Source: Candidatus Thalassarchaeaceae archaeon
Lineage (GTDB): Archaea > Thermoplasmatota > Poseidoniia > Poseidoniales > Thalassarchaeaceae
Length of the DNA stretch: 32,000 nucleotides
Direction: 5' to 3'
NCBI GenBank assembly: GCA_045568075.1
Contig: JBJLBP010000001.1
Location: 480,001-512,000, forward strand
In this document: positions 8,953 to 16,678 of the stretch, piece by piece
Position numbering within the stretch: position 1 is the stretch's first letter
Layout: each line of letters begins with the position of its first letter
The notes under the pieces: model-generated
The model's database searches: none
The model's input: the letters and a program-made list of their open reading frames with translations, nothing else
What the model was told of the DNA's origin: nothing
Position numbers and translations under genes: made by a program

Positions 8953-9894
8953 TCAGGATTTATTGGCGATGTGCGCGGCGAGGATTTTAGTCGCAATAAG
9001 AGCCGCATTGAACTGAGTAATTCGGTCTTCACCAGGTGCGATTTCATTGACATCAGCACCGAGAACTTCTGCCTGGCTGGCGAAGAGGCGCTCGATGATT
9101 TCGACAGCGCCCCAATGGGTCAGGCCACCGGGAACTGGTGTTCCAGTATCCGGTACGAGCGCTCCGTCAAGCCCGTCGATATCGAAGGTTATCCAGACAA
9201 CCCCGGTCAGTCCTTCTATGCGTGCGAGCAGGGCTTCCCAGCCAGAATTCCCGTTGGACGGGCTGAATAGGTCGCGCGCGTAGAATGTCTCGACGCGATC
9301 ATCGGCCGCAGCAAATTCTGCTTCATCGCGGCCAAGCGCACGAATACCAATCTGCAGTAATCCACCAACACCAGCATCCAACGCGCGCCGCGCAGAGGTA
9401 CCATGGCTGAAGCGCTCACCATTCAGCGAATCTCGCAAGTCAGCGTGCGCGTCAACCTGCACGAGCGTCAGGCGTGAGAGGTCACCAGCGAGAGCGGGGT
9501 GACCGGCCAAAGCCTCGACAAGGGGCGGCAGCAGTCCATGTTCACCACCGAGAACGATAGGGAATGCCGCCCCATCGAACCACGGTTCGAGATATTCACG
9601 AATCGAAGCCAATTGTTCGAGGAGTGTGCCTGCATCCGAGCTCCAAGATGTCGCAGTGTGGAAAGAAAGACCGCAAGGTAGCTCCGAATCTAGAATTGGA
9701 TCATACAATTCGACCTGCGAACTGACCTCGATAGTAGCTGCAGGTCCGTGCTCGGTTCCCTCTCCCCAACTAGTCGTCATTTCGTAGGGAACCGGAAGAA
9801 TCACCACATCCCAAGGCCCCTCATCAACCTCGTCAAGCCCGAGGAAGGTATGGGGTGAGCCGAGGTCAGAACCATCGGGGGAACCTCCGTCCAT
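8953..9894 (-). CDS. speB: Agmatinase / ureohydrolase (arginase family)
   Basis: It has GGEHG, VDAHADLRD and ITFDIDGLDGALVPDTGTPVPGGL, which are the arginase-family Mn-ligand motifs. I prefer the ATG at 9894 (MDGGSPDG...). The extension to 9987 is basic and atypical for this proteome. Confidence 0.8.
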   Translation of the reverse strand: MDGGSPDGSDLGSPHTFLGLDEVDEGPWDVVILPVPYEMTTSWGEGTEHGPAATIEVSSQVELYDPILDSELPCGLSFHTATSWSSDAGTLLEQLASIREYLEPWFDGAAFPIVLGGEHGLLPPLVEALAGHPALAGDLSRLTLVQVDAHADLRDSLNGERFSHGTSARRALDAGVGGLLQIGIRALGRDEAEFAAADDRVETFYARDLFSPSNGNSGWEALLARIEGLTGVVWITFDIDGLDGALVPDTGTPVPGGLTHWGAVEIIERLFASQAEVLGADVNEIAPGEDRITQFNAALIATKILAAHIANKS

Positions 9895-10032
9895 GGTGGT
9901 GTGCCCTCTCAGGTTTCGATTAACCACTTCGGGTTGGAGCCGCCACTTTGAAATGGCTAACAGATGGTTGATTTTGATTCGAATCAATAGGATTTCTGAG
10001 AGCCACGAGCGATTGTTGATATAGAACGGGCT

Positions 10033-10042
10033 GCTATATTCT
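10033..10042 (+). promoter_or_regulatory. Possible TATA-like box (GCTATATTCT)
   Basis: The TATATT core at 10035-10040 lies about 24 nt upstream of the ATG at 10062. GGGGAG at 10048-10053 is an alternative Shine-Dalgarno explanation for that start. Confidence 0.3.
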
Positions 10043-10061
10043 ACTACGGGGAGTGGATGCG

Positions 10062-10487
10062 ATGGGTTTGACGCTAGCAGAGTTGACGCAGGCCATCCGC
10101 CGTAAAGTCGACATAGAAATGGAAGTCATTGTTGCCGAGTCTATTGCCGAGCACGCTCTCGGTTTCTTCGGCTTCTCAAACCGTATCATCGACAACGCCC
10201 TCGAGCCCACCGACCGAAACCTGTTCTACCAACTCCAGGACTATGACTTGCTGACAACTGAGTCGGAAGAGACAACGCTCTGGGATGGACGCGAGTGGCG
10301 AATTCACTATTGGAAGTTCAAGCCCGAAGCCCGTGACTTTGCTCGTCGCGCTATGATGGAGGGTGCTAAGGCGCCTGAGGACGAGGACCCTTACGCAGGA
10401 ATTTACGACGACGTGCCTACCTCTCTTTGGAAAGAGCGGATGACCGACGAGGACGAAGAGGACGATTGGGAAGAGCCCTTGTTCTGA
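10062..10487 (+). CDS. Hypothetical small acidic cytoplasmic protein
   Basis: ATG at 10062 (MGLTLAEL...), 141 aa; the GTG at 10053 in the ORF track is the alternative. It has an acidic tail, DEDEEDDWEEPLF. I recognise no family. Confidence 0.55.
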   Translation: MGLTLAELTQAIRRKVDIEMEVIVAESIAEHALGFFGFSNRIIDNALEPTDRNLFYQLQDYDLLTTESEETTLWDGREWRIHYWKFKPEARDFARRAMMEGAKAPEDEDPYAGIYDDVPTSLWKERMTDEDEEDDWEEPLF

Positions 10488-10489
10488 TT

Positions 10490-10508
10490 CGACCGCCTAT
10501 GGCGGTCG
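10490..10508 (+). terminator. Perfect GC-rich hairpin immediately after the stop codon
   Basis: CGACCGCC-tat-GGCGGTCG is an 8-bp perfect inverted repeat starting 3 nt after the TGA at 10485-10487. No oligo-T tract follows. Confidence 0.35.
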
Positions 10509-10576
10509 GGAAAACAATGCTTGAAATTCAAACGTGACGGCGTAGTCTTCAAACCGGAGCGATAAGGGGTGAGCAT

Positions 10577-13500
10577 GTGCAAGGTCGATTCCAAGCCGCG
10601 CTGCTGCTTTCATTGATGCTTCTCGCTCCGATGAGCGGGCTGGCAGGTGCTGACGAAGGAGACCCAGTCCGCTCATGTGAGATTCTCGTCGATTGGGAAC
10701 ACGAATGGTCTGATGAGGAGAATTTTACTTGGACAGAGACGACAGTTCATCGCTACCGAGTTGTCTTTGAACCCGCCTTCGAGAATGGGACTTCGCCTAG
10801 CGCGGTTAGAATCGATGTGCAACATATGCGCAACGGCGAGGTCATCGCCACCGCGGCGAACTCAAGCTATGTCGTGGCCGGTGGTGAAATCGACGTTATT
10901 CTATCAGATCAACCAGAGTTCCTCGATCAGGTCTACGTCGAGGTCAGCACCACCGAGGCGACTTGTTCGCGCTCGTTGGATATGACAATGTGGAATCAGC
11001 CAGCCTCAGACCACGAAATCACCCGTGAAACGACATGGAGCCTAGAGAACGATGAGACCGGAGGATCAAGCCTCTACTTTGAGGGCCGTGGCTGGCAGAA
11101 ACGTCTGGGTGAGAGTCTGTCCTCGAGCGAACTTGGAAATGGAACTCTGGTGCTCGATGCCGATAATGGCGCCGAGAGTATCTACTTGCATCTTGAACTC
11201 GATAGAATCTGGATGAATGAAACCTATGAAGGAACTGAAATCACACGCCAAATTTTCGAGATGCACGGCACTGGTACACTAATCTTCGAAAGTAACGAAG
11301 AAGACCAGGGCGTGGACATCGAAGCCACTGTCCACGAAGCATACATCCTCCGTGACTGGGAAAACGGCGTCCTAACCGAGCGAATGGTTCTCGAAGCCAC
11401 CGGTTCACTATCATTCAATGGTGGCTCGAACAACAGCACCGAAGGTGCTTACGGAGAACTCTCAGTATTCTATCTCGAGACTTGGGATGAAGATGGTGTT
11501 CGTCGGCTCTCAGACACACAGATCGAAGCCAATATGAGCATTAGAATGAACTCTAACGACGAGGCATTCTCCATTGATCTCGACGAATTCCGCCTGCGTG
11601 AGAAGTGGCTCGATGGTGTGCGAGAAGAACAGTCTCTCAAAATCAAAGGTGAAGGGGAATTTGGCTTCCTCATCCAGGACAGCCAATTCGAAGTTCAAGT
11701 AAACGGCACCGTAGCCGATATTCACATCGAGGAACTCGGCGGTGAAGTCATCGAAGACCGAATCGTCGTCGATGGTGAATACACTGGCGATGCCAGCGGT
11801 TCCTTTGGCTTTGTACGCTGGATTGAGGAGTCTACAACTCAAGAAAATGCCACCGGCGAGAAATTCGAGGTTGACATGATTCGAAACGAATTTTGGTTCA
11901 ACATCTCTGGGACTCCAATAGGTCCAATCAGTCAAGAGATCGAAGCCGAGCACAATCTGACATTCGAGTATACGGTTCCCCAGACAGATTGGGAGAACCG
12001 AACCATTCGCTACGTATACGTCGAAGACAATGGAAATACAACGAATGATTACCCGGAGAGGTCGCCTATTCAGTTGGAACCACAACCACCTGAGTATGAG
12101 GGTGACATGAACATCACGGGCTTCCGTGAAACTGGAATTGCACCAGATAAATTACGGGTTGGTGATAGCTTCCCGACCTCACAAGACGGGGCTGGACCGA
12201 GCATCGAAATCATTGGAATTCGCATGGGAATGGCCGATGGCCATGAGGTCGAATTGGCGGAGTGGCAAGATGCTTCGAATGATGAAGGTTTCACGGCTTA
12301 TGGTACTGTGATTAACGAGGGAATACTAGCTGGATTACTGCATGAGGTGAACCGAGAAATCAACATCGATTTACCATTAGAGGGTGAGAATTCAACGGAT
12401 TATCAAACAGTCAGTGTAGTCGAACACCAGACGCTTGAGAGGGTTCTCTACCCATCGGTTATCACGGCCGCAGGCAATACACCTCCTGCTCTACTGAGTT
12501 TGGTTTTCCGAGAGGGTGCGCTGTTCACTGAAGGCGGGGTTGCGCACCTCGAGGCGAGTGTTGACGACGTTGACACCGATGTCGTCGGAGTCATCGTCGA
12601 CTTGACAGAATTCGGATTAGGATTCGTGACACTTTCCGATACTGGTCTGAATGGGGATGAAGTGATTCACGATTCTGTTTGGACGGCGAGGATTGAGCAT
12701 GATGGGCTTGAGTATGGTCTCGTCGAAATTCCTGTGGAGATGTATGATATTTGGATTGACGTTGAGACTACTGCGGCGCTGGAAATAACTAATTCACCTC
12801 CACGAATCATATCGCGAGATTACTCTCCTGACTTCGCCTATCGCGGAGATATTATCGATGCGAGTTTACGCGTCGAGGATGGTCATGGCGTCGAATCGGT
12901 CGCTATCGATTTACTGAGTGCGGGTGGGGAATTGACCCAACTGACTCTCGATGCTGAGAGTGGCCGCTGGATTGGTCAATTCACTCTTCCCGATTCGCTG
13001 GCACCCGGTCAGCGCTCAATCCCGATTCAGGTCGAAGATTCTGAGGGGGCGAGCGCACTGATTGACGCTGGTGCCGTCATTGAGGTGCTCAACGAGGCGC
13101 CATCGGTGACCAATGTCTCATTCCTAGATGAGGAGGGTGAATGGTCACAATTCGTCGAGATTCCCAAGAATGGAGAGAAAACCTACACCATCGAGGTGAC
13201 AATCGATGATCCCGATGGTGTTTCAACGGCGCAGGTCAAATTAGGCCGTCTTGCGCCGATTGGCAAGTCAGAGACTTGGCTTCCACTCAATGATGATGGT
13301 GAAGATGGCGATACTATGGCTGGTGACGGTGTCTTCACCACTACAATCAACGTCCGTTCTACCTTGACTGAAGGTGAGATGAACTTCCTTGTGCGGGCGT
13401 CGGATATTTTCCAATCGATGACGCCGGAAGGCGAGCAGATTCATTCTCTCGAATTATTCGATGAGAAGGGTTCGGGGAATAACGGAGGTAGTTGGTTAGT

Positions 13501-13600
13501 TGACAACTCTACCTCAATCGTTCTCGTTGCTTTGCTCCTTCTACTCGCGCTCGGCGCCACCGCTGTCATCCTAATGATGCGAAATGCAGACCTCGAATGA
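10577..13600 (+). CDS. Large acidic cell-surface (S-layer-like?) glycoprotein candidate: signal peptide, ~1000-aa ectodomain, C-terminal TM anchor
   Basis: GTG at 10577 is preceded by GGGGTGA at 10565-10571. It has the signal peptide ALLLSLMLLAPMSGLAGA. I count about 17 N-x-S/T sequons. Three tandem ~100-aa Ig-like modules are each introduced by N-x-P-P/S (nt 12475, 12791, 13091). The C-terminal anchor is IVLVALLLLLALGATAVILMMR. Confidence 0.8.
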   Translation: MQGRFQAALLLSLMLLAPMSGLAGADEGDPVRSCEILVDWEHEWSDEENFTWTETTVHRYRVVFEPAFENGTSPSAVRIDVQHMRNGEVIATAANSSYVVAGGEIDVILSDQPEFLDQVYVEVSTTEATCSRSLDMTMWNQPASDHEITRETTWSLENDETGGSSLYFEGRGWQKRLGESLSSSELGNGTLVLDADNGAESIYLHLELDRIWMNETYEGTEITRQIFEMHGTGTLIFESNEEDQGVDIEATVHEAYILRDWENGVLTERMVLEATGSLSFNGGSNNSTEGAYGELSVFYLETWDEDGVRRLSDTQIEANMSIRMNSNDEAFSIDLDEFRLREKWLDGVREEQSLKIKGEGEFGFLIQDSQFEVQVNGTVADIHIEELGGEVIEDRIVVDGEYTGDASGSFGFVRWIEESTTQENATGEKFEVDMIRNEFWFNISGTPIGPISQEIEAEHNLTFEYTVPQTDWENRTIRYVYVEDNGNTTNDYPERSPIQLEPQPPEYEGDMNITGFRETGIAPDKLRVGDSFPTSQDGAGPSIEIIGIRMGMADGHEVELAEWQDASNDEGFTAYGTVINEGILAGLLHEVNREINIDLPLEGENSTDYQTVSVVEHQTLERVLYPSVITAAGNTPPALLSLVFREGALFTEGGVAHLEASVDDVDTDVVGVIVDLTEFGLGFVTLSDTGLNGDEVIHDSVWTARIEHDGLEYGLVEIPVEMYDIWIDVETTAALEITNSPPRIISRDYSPDFAYRGDIIDASLRVEDGHGVESVAIDLLSAGGELTQLTLDAESGRWIGQFTLPDSLAPGQRSIPIQVEDSEGASALIDAGAVIEVLNEAPSVTNVSFLDEEGEWSQFVEIPKNGEKTYTIEVTIDDPDGVSTAQVKLGRLAPIGKSETWLPLNDDGEDGDTMAGDGVFTTTINVRSTLTEGEMNFLVRASDIFQSMTPEGEQIHSLELFDEKGSGNNGGSWLVDNSTSIVLVALLLLLALGATAVILMMRNADLE
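12475..13430 (+). repeat. Three divergent tandem ~100-105-aa beta-sandwich (Ig-like) modules within the 1007-aa surface protein
   Basis: The modules start NTPPALLS, NSPPRIIS and NEAPSVTN. Each contains a V(D/E)DxDG/VxS core and a late Gly/Asp-rich turn (for example NDDGEDGDTMAGDGVFTT). Similarity is visible only at protein level. Confidence 0.5.
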
Positions 13601-16031
13601 CGACGCACGCAAGCATCGCGACAGGCGAACCTCCTTAGCCCACGATGTTCGCTCCGAACATGTGAACCGAACGAGTGTGCTCCTAATCGCGGCTCTGACC
13701 TTGACAGCATTGGCAAGCCCGATTATCGCAGCATCATCCTCCGATGAAGAAGCGGCTGGTCAGCCACGAAACATCTCAGTGGATCTCACTTGGCCGCATG
13801 TTGAGGGAGATTATTCTGAACTCGACTGGCAACAGTATGCGACTTACTTCAAGGAGGATCTCGAAAATGATGGCTTCTGGAATCGAGTGGTAATCCATTC
13901 GGTTCGCAGCGATGCCGGCTATTGGTATCAGGCCGATGAGTCGTGCTCAATCGGCGATTTCACAGGTCAGTGCCATGTCCGTGATTTCCGAAGTGGAATG
14001 CACTTCACTGCCTATGCGGACGCCTATGGTATTTCCATCGAGAATGATTGGACCAGAGATATGGACTTGCGACGATCAATTGGTGGAGATTGGATAGATT
14101 ACGATGACCGATACTACGAGGATTACTACATCGATTGGGGCCAATTTGATGATGATGAGGTTGGACAATATTGGGCGAATACTTCTGCGGAATGGTGGGA
14201 GAGTGGGCGTCCTTCTTCGATGAGTGTAGGGACTACGTTCACTGAAACTTCAGAAAATTGGGAGGACTGGTCTTGGGTCGACCTCGCCGACAACGGTAGC
14301 CGAGAGGAGGATTCTGGCTCAGAGTATTGGTTCGAGGATATCTCCTACGAAGGAATCCAAGAAATCTCAATGGAATTCGATGGTTACAACGAAGCGGATT
14401 CCTCCACTACAAGCGGACCTACGACTCTGACAGTTCTTCAGGTCGAGGTTCGAAATGTCACCGACTCGGGTCAGAACGATTTGGTAGCTGTACAATTGTA
14501 CTCTGAATGGGGCGGTGTGGCTGGATTCTACTTTGATGCTGAGAACGCCACAGATCTCGTTCCGATGACTATGTGGAGTTCAGCAGCTTCTGGATTCCCC
14601 GATGCCGATGGTGATGGTTGCCCCGACGAGGAGGATGCGTTCCCGAATGACGCATCCGAGTGCCTCGATAACGATGAGGACGGCATCGGTGACAACGCTG
14701 ACACTGATGACGACAACGACGGTTGGTTAGATGACAACGAGTACCTTTGCGGAACCGATCAATTCGATGCTCAATCCTATCCTGCCGATTTTGACGGCGA
14801 CGGCGATTGTGATGGGCTTGACCAAGACGATGACGACGATGGTCACAATGATGTCATCGACGAATTCCCTTTCGACGCCAGCGAATGGAATGACAACGAT
14901 GACGATGGTGTTGGCGATAATGCTGACCTCGACGACGATAATGATGGATTCTCAGACACGGTTGAGCAAGATTGTGGCTCTGATCACCTGAGTGGATTCT
15001 CACAACCTCTCGACACCGATAGAGACGGCTGGTGCGACGAGATGGATGTCGACGACGATGATGATGGTTGGAATGACAACCTCGATGCCTTCCCCAAAGA
15101 TCAGTCCGAGTGGATGGATTCCGATGGTGATGGCATCGGTAATAATGAAGATCCTGACGATGATGATGATGGCTGGCTAGACCAGAAAGAAGGCGACTGC
15201 GGGACTGATCCATTAGATGCATCGAGTCAGCCTGAAGATCTCGATGGCGACTCGCTGTGCGACGCAATCGATACTGATGATGACGGCGATAAGTGGTCAG
15301 ATAGTGTCGACGCCTTCCCTAGAGATTCAACAGAATGGTTCGACAGTGATGGGGACGGTATAGGAGATAATGCCGACACCGACGACGATGGAGATGGTTG
15401 GTCCGATTTAGCCGAGGAGACCTGCGATGGTGACAAAGACGATGCCTCAATCACACCAACAGATTCCGATGGAGACGGCCAGTGCGACTCAATGGACCCT
15501 GACAAGGATGGAGACGGAGTCATCAACGACGACGATGATTTCCCAGATGATCCAGACGAACATGTTGATTCTGATGGTGACGGAATCGGTGACAATGCCG
15601 ATACCGACGATGATGGTGATGGTCTAACCGACCTCGCTGAGATAGCCGCTGGCACCGACCCACTCAAGCGAGACACAGACGGTGATGGCTGGGCAGACGG
15701 CTTCGATGACTTCCCACTCAATCCGAATGAGTGGGAGGATTCCGATGGAGACGGCGTTGGCGACAATGCCGATGCCTACCCGAGCTTCGCAGCTTGGCAG
15801 ACAACGGGTGATATGGTGCTGAGCATTCTAATCGCGCTGGTCGTTGTTGGATTACTCGGAGGCGGTGCTTTCCTCATCTCTCGCTCAAAGAAGTCTGAAG
15901 ATATGTCTGGATACGCTCAGGATCAATCACATCACTTTGCTCCTCCGAGCCCAGTTTCCATGTACACCGATGAGCAATTGCGCGAGGCTGGCTGGACTGA
16001 TGAACAGATTGCGCAACATCGACAAGAATGA
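13584..16031 (+). CDS. Surface protein with thrombospondin type-3-like Ca-binding repeats, a TM anchor and a ~60-aa cytoplasmic tail
   Basis: The ATG at 13584 overlaps the preceding gene by 17 nt; an alternative GTG at 13662 lies just before the hydrophobic signal segment VLLIAALTLTALASPIIAA. About 21 DxDxDGxxDxxD loops lie between aa 339 and 730. The TM segment is MVLSILIALVVVGLLGGGAFLI. Confidence 0.85.
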   Translation: MQTSNDDARKHRDRRTSLAHDVRSEHVNRTSVLLIAALTLTALASPIIAASSSDEEAAGQPRNISVDLTWPHVEGDYSELDWQQYATYFKEDLENDGFWNRVVIHSVRSDAGYWYQADESCSIGDFTGQCHVRDFRSGMHFTAYADAYGISIENDWTRDMDLRRSIGGDWIDYDDRYYEDYYIDWGQFDDDEVGQYWANTSAEWWESGRPSSMSVGTTFTETSENWEDWSWVDLADNGSREEDSGSEYWFEDISYEGIQEISMEFDGYNEADSSTTSGPTTLTVLQVEVRNVTDSGQNDLVAVQLYSEWGGVAGFYFDAENATDLVPMTMWSSAASGFPDADGDGCPDEEDAFPNDASECLDNDEDGIGDNADTDDDNDGWLDDNEYLCGTDQFDAQSYPADFDGDGDCDGLDQDDDDDGHNDVIDEFPFDASEWNDNDDDGVGDNADLDDDNDGFSDTVEQDCGSDHLSGFSQPLDTDRDGWCDEMDVDDDDDGWNDNLDAFPKDQSEWMDSDGDGIGNNEDPDDDDDGWLDQKEGDCGTDPLDASSQPEDLDGDSLCDAIDTDDDGDKWSDSVDAFPRDSTEWFDSDGDGIGDNADTDDDGDGWSDLAEETCDGDKDDASITPTDSDGDGQCDSMDPDKDGDGVINDDDDFPDDPDEHVDSDGDGIGDNADTDDDGDGLTDLAEIAAGTDPLKRDTDGDGWADGFDDFPLNPNEWEDSDGDGVGDNADAYPSFAAWQTTGDMVLSILIALVVVGLLGGGAFLISRSKKSEDMSGYAQDQSHHFAPPSPVSMYTDEQLREAGWTDEQIAQHRQE
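14598..15773 (+). repeat. Array of ~21 TSP3-type calcium-binding loops organised in about 5 super-repeats
   Basis: There is a recurrent four-part unit. Its parts are DxDGDGxCDxxD; DxDDDDDGWxDxxDAFPxDxxEW; DSDGDGIGDNAD; and DTDDDGDGWxDxxExxCGTDPxD. Confidence 0.85.
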
Positions 16032-16042
16032 TGTCGAATTTT
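16019..16042 (+). terminator. Hairpin plus T4 at the end of the surface-protein operon
   Basis: TCGACA (16019-16024) pairs with TGTCGA (16032-16037). The 7-nt loop contains the stop codon, and ATTTT follows. The T-run abuts the 3' end of the tRNA on the opposite strand. Confidence 0.3.
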
Positions 16043-16116
16043 GGTACGAGTGCCGGGATTTGAACCCGGGTTCAAGCGTTGGCAACGCTCGGTGATAACC
16101 ACTACACTACACTCGT
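16042..16116 (-). tRNA. tRNA-Gly (anticodon GCC), 75 nt with genomically encoded CCA
   Basis: The reverse complement reads ACGAGTG-TA-GTGT-AGTGGTTA-TCAC-C-GAGCG-TTGCCAA-CGCTT-GAAC-CCGGG-TTCAAAT-CCCGG-CACTCGT-A-CCA. The acceptor stem is 7 bp, the T-arm is CCGGG/CCCGG with a TTCAAAT loop, and the anticodon loop is TT-GCC-AA. Confidence 0.9.
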
Positions 16117-16141
16117 GCGAAATTCGGGAAACAAGACTCAC

Positions 16142-16149
16142 TTTTCTAA
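16142..16149 (-). promoter_or_regulatory. Possible TATA-like box (TTAGAAAA) for tRNA-Gly
   Basis: It is centred about 29 nt upstream of tRNA position 1 (16116) and overlaps the arsC stop codon. Confidence 0.3.
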
Positions 16150-16523
16150 GCGTCGGTCTGCTCAGCAGAGAGTCTCTCGAGGTTGTTGACAATGGTGTCA
16201 CGAGTGCTCCGATAGATATCGATTGGTCCGCCAACAGGGTCGTCTAAACCCCAATCCTCTGCAATTGGTAGCATGGGGCAATGAACTCCGCATCCCATGC
16301 TGATGATCATGTCCCAACCCTCAGTCTCTACATCATCAACTGACTTCGGGCTGAGACCCTCCGTCGAGACTCCAATTTCCTGAAGAACAGCAAGTGAATT
16401 GCTAGCTACAGTGTCACCTGGATGCGTCCCGGCTGAGGCTGCTTCATGCCCCATGTGGCGGGCCAAGGCCTCAGCCATCTGGCTACGACAGGTATTGCCA
16501 ACGCAGACGAAGAGGAGTCGCAT
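16146..16523 (-). CDS. arsC: Arsenate reductase / low-molecular-weight protein-tyrosine phosphatase family
   Basis: It starts MRLLFVCVGNTCRSQMAE, containing the CX5R(S) P-loop. It also has ISMGCGVHCP and a DDP motif. Length is 125 aa. Confidence 0.85.
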   Translation of the reverse strand: MRLLFVCVGNTCRSQMAEALARHMGHEAASAGTHPGDTVASNSLAVLQEIGVSTEGLSPKSVDDVETEGWDMIISMGCGVHCPMLPIAEDWGLDDPVGGPIDIYRSTRDTIVNNLERLSAEQTDA

Positions 16524-16678
16524 GACTACCGACCAACGCCAGCCTACTTGAATCAGACACCAATAGAATACTGTCTTTCAGGAACAATGTAGTGCAGCCC
16601 ATAGGGCTGATATTGCACTCATCAAGTCCTCCCCCCACTCCGCGTAGGCTTGAAGTAGGCCTCACGCCGCCCCTCAGA

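Noticed and set aside
8889-9059. N-terminal extensions offered by the ORF track (M14 peptidase to 9059, agmatinase to 9987, Hsp20-like to 2539, orphan gene to 29694, SemiSWEET to 28113, mrp to 16592)
   Set aside because: The extensions start at TTG/GTG or overlap the neighbouring gene. They are basic or Cys-rich, unlike the rest of the proteome. They precede an internal ATG that has a signal peptide, an SD motif or a family-typical N-terminus.
11510-12085. A 191-aa minus-strand ORF inside the 1007-aa surface protein gene
   Set aside because: It lies entirely within a long, SD-preceded, signal-peptide-bearing ORF on the other strand. It has no recognisable motif.
14528-15766. Several ORFs of 60-180 aa in other frames of the TSP3 repeat region (15227-15766 -, 14854-15267 -, 14731-14991 +, and others)
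   Set aside because: These Ser/Pro-rich, His/Arg-rich or Met/Thr-rich translations are the expected off-frame readings of GAT/GAC/GGT repeats. The + frame with the DxDxDG loops is clearly the coding one.
14598-15773. Possible CRISPR array or mobile element near the tRNA gene
   Set aside because: The only periodic sequence is the in-frame protein repeat. There are no constant-length direct repeats with unique spacers and no cas, integrase or transposase genes. I saw no duplicated tRNA 3' fragment flanking 16042-16116.
15932-16247. ORFs of 100 aa (-) and 68 aa (+) spanning 16041-16234
   Set aside because: They read through the tRNA-Gly gene and the arsC 3' end. The tRNA cloverleaf explains the sequence.
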